A stretch of 64,000 bases of DNA. Origin: Candidatus Saccharimonadota bacterium. GTDB taxonomy: Bacteria; Patescibacteriota; Saccharimonadia; Saccharimonadales; Saccharimonadaceae. Position numbers and translations under genes: made by a program. The DNA lies in assembly GCA_030645815.1 (NCBI GenBank), contig JAUSMW010000149.1, forward strand, positions 22,510 to 86,509, written 5' to 3'. This document shows, piece after piece, positions 46,785 to 52,438 of this stretch. The first letter of the stretch is position 1. The number at the start of each line of letters is the position of its first letter. The notes beneath the pieces are model-generated. The model saw only the letters and a list, made by a program, of their open reading frames with translations, ran no database searches and was not told the origin of the DNA.

Positions 46785-47921
46785 TTAAATAATGACTTTT
46801 GCAATGGCGGGTACTAGCCGCTCGTCCATAACGGAAGGTATAATTTCGATTGCAGTAGGGTTTTTGACTAATGCCGCAATGACTTTTGCCGCCGAGATTT
46901 TATGCTCATCTGTAATTTGCTGTACGTTATTGTCTAATGCTCCACGGAAAATTCCAGGAAATGCCAGCGCATTGTTGACTTGGTTAGGCAGGTCGCTACG
47001 ACCGGTCGCTACTACCGCAGCACCAGCAGCCTTTGCAATGTCAGGCATGATTTCGGGCGTTGGGTTGGCTAGTGCAAAAATGATAGGGTCTTTATCCATT
47101 GTTTCAACCATGTCGGCAGTCAATAGCCCGGCACGTGAAACGCCAATGAATATGTCAGCACCCTGCAAGATATCACTCAGCGAACCATCGATGCCTGAAA
47201 TATTACTGTATTTTAGAATCTCTTTTTTGTGTTCGTTGAGGTCAGTACGATTTTTACTGATGATACCTTTGCTGTCTACGGCAAATATGCGAGGCTGGGC
47301 ATATTTGTTGAGTAGTTTGATAATAGCAGTCCCAGCTGCGCCAACGCCTGACACGACTATCTTTGCATCAGATAGTTCACGGCCTGTGACCTCCATAGCA
47401 TTAATCAGACCTGCCAAAACGACGATAGCAGTCCCATGCTGGTCATCATGAAACACTGGTATGTCCAGTTCTGCTTTGAGCCTTTCTTCTATTTCAAAGC
47501 ACTGAGGCGCGCCTATGTCTTCTAGATTGATGGCTCCAAAGCTTGGGGCTATTGCTTTAATTGTAGCGACAATTTCATCTGGAGTGTGAACATCTAGGGT
47601 AATTGGCACAGAGTTGATGTCTGCAAAATGTTTAAAGAGTAGCGCTTTGCCCTCCATAACAGGCATACTAGCTTTTGGCCCAATGTTACCGAGACCTAGG
47701 ACGGATGAACCGTCAGATATCACAGCCACTAAATTATTCGTCCAAGTGTAATCTTTTAGTTTTTCAGGATTTTCGACAATTGCTTTGCTGACCGCAGCAA
47801 CGCCAGGCGTATAGTATGCACTCAGTTTTTCACGAGTAAGCTCCTCGTTATCACGTAACTGTGTGGTCATTTTACCTTTGTATTTTTTATGTAGCTCTAA
47901 CGCCAATTCGTCAAAATTCAT
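46785..47921 (-). CDS. NAD(P)-dependent malic enzyme (short, MaeB N-terminal type)
   Basis: ...LSAYYTPGVA...VAVISDGSSVLGLGNIGP...MEGKALLFK...GVGAAGTAI. Confidence 0.9.
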   Translation of the reverse strand: MNFDELALELHKKYKGKMTTQLRDNEELTREKLSAYYTPGVAAVSKAIVENPEKLKDYTWTNNLVAVISDGSSVLGLGNIGPKASMPVMEGKALLFKHFADINSVPITLDVHTPDEIVATIKAIAPSFGAINLEDIGAPQCFEIEERLKAELDIPVFHDDQHGTAIVVLAGLINAMEVTGRELSDAKIVVSGVGAAGTAIIKLLNKYAQPRIFAVDSKGIISKNRTDLNEHKKEILKYSNISGIDGSLSDILQGADIFIGVSRAGLLTADMVETMDKDPIIFALANPTPEIMPDIAKAAGAAVVATGRSDLPNQVNNALAFPGIFRGALDNNVQQITDEHKISAAKVIAALVKNPTAIEIIPSVMDERLVPAIAKVII

Positions 47922-48013
47922 AAGTACCAGTATATCACCTCTTGTATATCAGGGGTACTTTGTGATACAATTTGTAACTAACTGAGAAATAAAGTTTAAG
48001 AGAGATAAAGTAT

Positions 48014-48541
48014 ATGAGTTTTGCATTAATCGACAAAGTAAACAAAGCGCAGATGAAGCCGTCTGTTGTTGATGCTCGTAGTGGTGACACGGTGAAGGTT
48101 CACCAAAAGATTAAAGAAGGTAACAAAGAGCGTATTCAGATTTTTGAAGGCGTTGTTATCCGTACTGATCGCAAAAACAGCCACACTAGCCGCATAACTG
48201 TACGCAAAATTGCCAGTGGTGTAGGTGTAGAAAAAAGCTTTCTACTACACAGCCCACTAGTAGAAAAAGTTGAAGTTGTTCGACGTTCTAAAGTCCGTCG
48301 TAACTACCTCAGCTACCTACGTGCTCGTAGTGGTAAGAGTGCTCGTCTGAAAGGTACAGACTTTGACCGTTTAGCTGTCAATGACGTACACGACCCTAAA
48401 GCTGAAGCCGAAGCATTGCGACTAAAAGAAGAAACAGCTAAAGCTGCTGCTGAAAAAGAAGCCGCTAAAAAAGCGGAAGATGAAGCATTGGCAGCAAAGC
48501 AAGCTGAAGTCGAAGCCCGACATTCTGAGTCAGCAGAATAA
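48014..48541 (+). CDS. rplS: 50S ribosomal protein L19 with a ~55-aa A/E/K-rich C-terminal extension
   Basis: ...GDTVKVHQKIKEGNKERIQIFEGVVI...ITVRKIASGVGVEKSFLLHSP...VRRNYLSYLR... then ...AEAEALRLKEETAKAAAEKEAAKKAEDEALAAKQAEVEA. Confidence 0.9.
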   Translation: MSFALIDKVNKAQMKPSVVDARSGDTVKVHQKIKEGNKERIQIFEGVVIRTDRKNSHTSRITVRKIASGVGVEKSFLLHSPLVEKVEVVRRSKVRRNYLSYLRARSGKSARLKGTDFDRLAVNDVHDPKAEAEALRLKEETAKAAAEKEAAKKAEDEALAAKQAEVEARHSESAE

Positions 48542-48555
48542 GGTCATTGAATAAT

Positions 48556-48586
48556 AAAAAAAACCACCCGAAATAGGGTGGTTTTT
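48556..48586 (+). terminator. Rho-independent terminator of rplS
   Basis: AAAAAAAACCACCC-GAAATA-GGGTGGTTTTT. Confidence 0.85.
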
Positions 48587-48593
48587 GGTTTGT

Positions 48594-48648
48594 TAAAAAA
48601 AGAGACCTCCCCCGGGCAGCACCAATGAATGGTGGCCCGGGGTGGTCT
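48594..48648 (-). terminator. G+C-rich terminator of the 56-aa micro-ORF
   Basis: AGACCTCCCCCGGGC (48603-48617) pairs with GCCCGGGGTGGTCT (48635-48648), and there is an inner CACCA/TGGTG stem. On the minus strand TCTCTTTTTTT follows. Confidence 0.6.
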
Positions 48649-48736
48649 GTGTGCCGTGAGGTTTCTTGGGCGGCTATTAGCTAGCCGGTATGAGCCAAGT
48701 TCTCACAGCGCGGGGAAACGCGGCGACGGGTCAGGG

Positions 48737-48907
48737 TCAGTCAGGCGCGAAGCCGAGCTGGTCCGAGATGTCGTCGTGTGCGGCCGGCTTGTGGCCAAGG
48801 ATGCCGCCGGTGGCGGCCGAGCTGTCAGTTCCGAATACCTGGTCGGAGTTCGACGAGCCGACAGGTGTGCCGTGTGCCGCGGCGAGAGTGATGATGGTCG
48901 TCTTCAT
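48737..48907 (-). CDS. Unannotated 56-aa micro-ORF (MKTTIITLAAAHGTPVGSSNSDQVFGTDSSAATGGILGHKPAAHDDISDQLGFAPD)
   Basis: The ATG is preceded by AGAAGAAGG. Codons are strongly G/C-ending, and a hand count gives 41/60 G+C at 48721-48780. It has its own promoter-like boxes and terminator, and there is an in-frame TAG upstream. It is below the 60-aa ORF-track cutoff. Confidence 0.45.
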   Translation of the reverse strand: MKTTIITLAAAHGTPVGSSNSDQVFGTDSSAATGGILGHKPAAHDDISDQLGFAPD

Positions 48908-48977
48908 GTAGAGGTAACCTTCTTCTCTTCGATTGCGTTTGGTTGTGCATATCAGACGGGTGTCTGGTATGAGGATA

Positions 48978-49007
48978 ATAATAACATAATACTAAAAAAC
49001 TTGTCAA
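48978..49007 (-). promoter_or_regulatory. Candidate promoter for the 56-aa micro-ORF
   Basis: On the minus strand: TTGACA (49007-49002), N18, TATTAT (48983-48978). A second TTGACA lies 12 nt further upstream (49019-49014). Confidence 0.4.
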
Positions 49008-49058
49008 TACTTTTGTCAAACTATTTCTGGGTATGAAAAAAGACGAGAGGGACCTTGT

Positions 49059-49090
49059 GGCGGACGATGCTGGTGAAAGCATCGTCCGCC
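49059..49090. other. Perfect 13-bp G+C-rich hairpin
   Basis: GGCGGACGATGCT (49059-49071), GGTGAA, AGCATCGTCCGCC (49078-49090). On the minus strand CTTTTTTC follows only about 15 nt later. Confidence 0.6.
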
Positions 49091-49355
49091 GTACTAATCA
49101 CCAAATGGCCGCAACGACGTTAGTTCCGAGATGGAGCAAACTCGAGTTGCATGAAATTCATCGATACTCCGTCATCCATGATGAGAACGGCTCGTGATGA
49201 AAATCATTTTATGGTGAAAGTTTTTGGTTTCTCGTCTTGTTTGTGTTTGTACTGGCGAAACTCTCCGCATCATGCGTGGTCTTTCGCTATCTAAACCTAA
49301 TATCTACTATAGACCTTATGTTTTTACATGTAAACCCTTTTTTTGTAAAAATAAC

Positions 49356-49378
49356 AAAAACTACCTAAAGGTAGTTTT
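49356..49378 (-). terminator. A/T-flanked hairpin (potentially bidirectional terminator)
   Basis: AAAAACTACC-TAAA-GGTAGTTTT. On the minus strand TGTTATTTTT follows. Confidence 0.5.
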
Positions 49379-49419
49379 AAGAAAGTTCAATAAAGTGACA
49401 GACAAGGAGTAAAGCTGCG

Positions 49420-49456
49420 AAAAGGTGGTGGCGTGCTAAGAGAACACACCACCACC
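49420..49456 (-). terminator. Terminator downstream of the Gly-rich micro-ORF
   Basis: On the minus strand GGTGGTGGTGTG, 9-nt loop, CACGCCACCACC (12-bp stem with 1 mismatch), followed by TTTTCGCAGCTTT. Confidence 0.55.
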
Positions 49457-49575
49457 CACGCAATATGCAACCCACCAACACTCACGAGGGCGAAGAGTGA
49501 GTGTAGTGTTTGATGGTTAGCGGCATCGATCATACCATCATCACGATAGCAGGCTGCATGTCGGGAAGCTGGGTT

Positions 49576-49689
49576 TTAACCCCTGCCTGAGCCGCCAACG
49601 CGAAGCGTGAACTCCTGAGCACCGCCTCCACCTCCGCGGGCAGGTCCGCCCTTACCGCCTCCGCAGTTAGTACCACGTATTCCTGTCAT
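49576..49689 (-). CDS. Unannotated 37-aa glycine-rich micro-ORF (MTGIRGTNCGGGKGGPARGGGGGAQEFTLRVGGSGRG)
   Basis: Strong SD AAAGGAG 6 nt upstream of the ATG and an in-frame TAA two codons upstream. The patch is G+C-rich and a terminator lies about 120 nt downstream. It is below the ORF-track cutoff. Confidence 0.45.
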   Translation of the reverse strand: MTGIRGTNCGGGKGGPARGGGGGAQEFTLRVGGSGRG

Positions 49690-49793
49690 CGTTTACTCCT
49701 TTGTCTGTGTAGGTGCGACTCCGTCCGATTAAAAATCCTTCGTAATCCCTGTTATCTTAATATAAATGTTTGCAATAGTCTATAGTAGGAGCC

Positions 49794-50723
49794 ATGATAC
49801 TGGGGATAGACGAAGTCGGTAGGGGTGCGTGGGCAGGACCATTAGTTGTTGGCGCTGTGGTTTTAGGAGGCCAACAAATCGATGGCTTGACTGACAGTAA
49901 AAAACTAACACCAAAACGACGCAGTGTACTGGCGCGGGAAATAAAAGAAAAGGCCACCGCAATAGGTTTGGGTTGGGTGTCAGCCGAGACTATCGACAAG
50001 ATTGGTTTGTCCGAAGCGTTAAAAATGGCAACTCGTTTAGCGGTGAAAGATATCGATACACCTTACGACGAAATAATCATTGATGGAACAATCAAATTAT
50101 TAGACGACCCTAGGGTAACGACCATGAAGCAGGCAGATTTGTTGGTACCTAGTGTGTCAGCTGCTAGTATAATTGCCAAAGTTGCCAGGGACTACTATAT
50201 GAGCGAAGTTGCTAACAAAGATTACCCACAATATGGCTTTAAAAAGCATGTCGGCTACGGCACAGCTATACATAGTGAAACTTTAGCTAAAAATGGACCT
50301 AGTCTACTGCACAGGCTTAGTTTTACACCAGTTAAAAAAACCTTAGGAATGGAATTCAAATCAACTAAAAAATCCGACAAAATCACGTCTACAGCAGGGC
50401 GTATAGCCGAAGATGCAGCTGCTACCCATCTAGAAGGTTTAGGTTTCAGAATTATTGATAAAAATTGGCGAACAAAACTATGTGAAGTCGACGTTGTGGC
50501 CCAAAAAGACAGCATTGTACATCTAATAGAAGTAAAATATCGCAAAATTGCCTCTCACGGTGATGGTCTCAACGCCATCACGCCCAAAAAACTGAAACAA
50601 ATGAAGTTTGCAGCCAGAGTTTGGCAGCACTGGCACAGCCATAATGGGGATATCCAGCTCGATGCTATATCTATGAGTGGCACGCCACCTGTAGTAGATG
50701 ATTTTTTAGAAAACCTACGATAA
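49794..50723 (+). CDS. rnhB: Ribonuclease HII fused to a YraN (UPF0102) endonuclease-like domain
   Basis: N-terminus: ILGIDEVGRGAWAGPLVVGAV...DSKKLTPKRR (RNase HII). C-terminal ~110 aa: GRIAEDAAATHLEGLGFRIIDKNWRTKLCEVDVVAQKDSIVHLIEVKYR...AITPKKLKQM (YraN pattern). SD TAGGAG. Confidence 0.85.
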   Translation: MILGIDEVGRGAWAGPLVVGAVVLGGQQIDGLTDSKKLTPKRRSVLAREIKEKATAIGLGWVSAETIDKIGLSEALKMATRLAVKDIDTPYDEIIIDGTIKLLDDPRVTTMKQADLLVPSVSAASIIAKVARDYYMSEVANKDYPQYGFKKHVGYGTAIHSETLAKNGPSLLHRLSFTPVKKTLGMEFKSTKKSDKITSTAGRIAEDAAATHLEGLGFRIIDKNWRTKLCEVDVVAQKDSIVHLIEVKYRKIASHGDGLNAITPKKLKQMKFAARVWQHWHSHNGDIQLDAISMSGTPPVVDDFLENLR

Positions 50724-51977
50724 ATTACCAAAGGCTATCGAATCACCAGCAATATCGTCGGTGCCAATCATAGTTGCCGGTATCAGCGCAAAATCACCAT
50801 AGCGACTATTGACGATGTTCATAGCCTTGGAGATTGCAGACCTATTTACCAGGGGTCTATCGGTCATATTAAATGCTAATTGCTCTGGGTCAACGGACTG
50901 AAAATCAAAAGTTGTGACGGATAGCAAACTAACCAGCCCAGCATTTTTGGGTGCATGGATGTCGATGAGGTCACGTGCCGCACGAAATATGTCCTGCGTT
51001 GTAATCAGCTGGTGTGATAGATGCGTTGACTTGTGCCAATAGGGCGAGCGCACGTAGCGTAGACCCACGCGTATACCAACGGCCTTGAGGTCTTTATTAC
51101 TGAGTCGGCGAGCGATTTTTTGTGACAATTTAAATATAATTGGGTCTAGTTGATCGTGAGGTAATTTTTCTTTCATAGCGTATTGGTGTCCTATTTGGCT
51201 ACCAGTCTTCCAGTCGCGGTCATCGATTTCCCAACCACGCAGCCTCAACCACCAATAATAACCGACTATACCGCCAAAGATACCACGTAATTGTTGTGCA
51301 TCAGCCTCGAACATACTGGTAACAGTACCAATGCCTCCAATGCGCAACCGTGCATCGTAGCGTCGGTTAATACCAGGCAAGTCCTGCAAATCTAGTCGGG
51401 CGTATATCTCATCCATATTATTGCTATCAATCGTGTCGAGCCCGTTTGGCTTGTTCAGTCCGGACGCTAATTTTGCTAAAAAACGATTCGGTCCGATGCC
51501 GACGTTACAGCTCACTGCCTCACCAACATGTCTATACACCTCTTGTTTGATTTCATATCCTATTTGCTGCATGGTTTTGCCGTCCCTGATAGCTTTGCTA
51601 TCAGACAAATCCAGTACAAACTCGTCGATACTGCGAGCTTTTATGTTATTAGTGTAATTTTCCAACACTTCGCGAAATAACCTATGTGCTTCGCGGTATT
51701 TTGGAGGATCAACGCAGCATATGTGTATGCCGGGGCTAATTTTTTGCGCTTCCCATACACGAGTGCCTAGTTTGATACCTAATCGCTTTGCTTCATAACT
51801 AGCTGCCAGTATGATACCGCCAGGGCTGTCATAAGCCACAACGCCAACTGGCTGACCACGCCAGTGGCGCTTGGCCTGTTGCTCAATCGTTGCAAAGCAC
51901 GAGTTGAGGTCGATATGCATGATTCTAGGCTCTATTTTATTGATGCCCAGCTCAACTTTACCGGCCGTATGTTTCAT
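50715..51977 (-). CDS. Y-family DNA polymerase (DinB/UmuC-like)
   Basis: ...IMHIDLNSCFATIEQQ...ASYEAKRLGIK...SIDEFVLDLS... carries the catalytic D/E motifs. 9-nt convergent overlap with rnhB. Confidence 0.85.
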   Translation of the reverse strand: MKHTAGKVELGINKIEPRIMHIDLNSCFATIEQQAKRHWRGQPVGVVAYDSPGGIILAASYEAKRLGIKLGTRVWEAQKISPGIHICCVDPPKYREAHRLFREVLENYTNNIKARSIDEFVLDLSDSKAIRDGKTMQQIGYEIKQEVYRHVGEAVSCNVGIGPNRFLAKLASGLNKPNGLDTIDSNNMDEIYARLDLQDLPGINRRYDARLRIGGIGTVTSMFEADAQQLRGIFGGIVGYYWWLRLRGWEIDDRDWKTGSQIGHQYAMKEKLPHDQLDPIIFKLSQKIARRLSNKDLKAVGIRVGLRYVRSPYWHKSTHLSHQLITTQDIFRAARDLIDIHAPKNAGLVSLLSVTTFDFQSVDPEQLAFNMTDRPLVNRSAISKAMNIVNSRYGDFALIPATMIGTDDIAGDSIAFGNLS

Positions 51978-52234
51978 TGACAGGCCTCGGTTTCTTGTAG
52001 CGTCCAGGTTAAATTACCACTATTAAAAGCCAGTTTCATATACATCGACTGCTCTTCATCTGTCAGCGAAAAATGGTGGACTGTATGATGTCCGTCTCGG
52101 GTTGTGTGATAAAAATCTACTTTGCCTAGTCTGTATTGTTTCTTACCCCAGCGCATATGCACGGGAGTTAGCGGTGCTGTTTTATCAGCAAATACCGCTA
52201 CTACTGTTATTCGTTCATTGATTGTTAGAGACAC
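51974..52234 (-). CDS. Small (86-aa) protein translationally coupled to the Y-family polymerase
   Basis: GTG start with AAGGA 8 nt upstream and a 4-nt overlap with the polymerase start. ...VHMRWGKKQYRLGKVDFYHTTRDG...LTWTLQE. No family recognised. Confidence 0.6.
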   Translation of the reverse strand: MSLTINERITVVAVFADKTAPLTPVHMRWGKKQYRLGKVDFYHTTRDGHHTVHHFSLTDEEQSMYMKLAFNSGNLTWTLQETEACQ

Positions 52235-52265
52235 TTTAATAATCCTTTATTTGCTAAGGTTTTTT

Positions 52266-52288
52266 ACTGGCGGTGACGCTAGGCCAGT
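52266..52288. promoter_or_regulatory. Inverted repeat ACTGGC-N11-GCCAGT over the putative promoter of the polymerase operon
   Basis: On the minus strand TTGACTGGC...GCCAGTAAAAA. The repeat spans a TTGACT -35-like box and an A/T-rich -10-like region. Confidence 0.3.
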
Positions 52289-52400
52289 CAAGGCACGTCG
52301 GTAAAAGATTATTAAAGCTTGTCTGTGGAAATTTGCTAACGCAAAAGTACAAACATTGCTATATATATAGTAACAATTTGGTCGTCGTACAACAAGCCAT

Positions 52401-52430
52401 TTGTCAGTCTGCTCACTGTTCGGGTATACT
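52401..52430 (+). promoter_or_regulatory. Sigma70-like promoter 8 nt upstream of the M13 peptidase ATG
   Basis: TTGTCA (52401-52406), N18, TATACT (52425-52430). ATG at 52439 with no SD. Confidence 0.45.
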
Positions 52431-52438
52431 CGATATTA

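Noticed and set aside
46792-47451. A 219-aa plus-strand ORF opposite the malic-enzyme gene. Similar long antisense ORFs occur at 8169-8645, 13234-13725, 24419-24856, 39731-40201 and 59194-59658.
   Set aside because: All lie entirely within strongly supported genes on the other strand and have Ser/Pro/Ala/Arg-rich shadow composition with no motifs.
48725-48760. GGGTCAGGGTCAGTCAGGCGCGAAGCC looked superficially like the GGUCAGGUCCGGAAGGAAGC core of SRP (4.5S) RNA.
   Set aside because: The GGAA/GNRA loop and the flanking symmetric-loop nucleotides do not match, and no long closing helix could be drawn. The stretch is the 3' end of a well-behaved coding frame.
48629-49036. 135-aa and 73-aa plus-strand ORFs in the rplS-rnhB gap.
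   Set aside because: Their Arg/Gly/Val-rich composition is typical of the antisense frame of high-G+C coding DNA. The longer one starts inside a terminator hairpin and runs through promoter-like A/T sequence. The minus-strand 56-aa frame has G/C-ending codons, an SD and a terminator.
49033-49197. A 54-aa plus-strand ORF (MKKDERDLVADDAGESIVRR...).
   Set aside because: It has no SD or promoter. Codons 9-19 are the perfect 13-bp hairpin. Its composition is not convincing as coding.
49224-49412. A 62-aa plus-strand ORF from the track.
   Set aside because: It runs through A/T palindromes and the 49356-49378 terminator hairpin, has an implausible Cys/Phe/Lys-rich sequence and no SD.
49387-49533. 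A 48-aa hydrophobic minus-strand ORF (MIDAANHQTLHSLFALVSVGGLHIAWVVVCSLSTPPPF...) downstream of the Gly-rich micro-ORF; considered as a possible immunity or TM peptide.
   Set aside because: It has no SD. The WVVVCSLSTPPP part is simply the translation of the GGTGGTGG...CCACCACC terminator stem-loop, after which a T-run follows. It is more likely 3' UTR and terminator.
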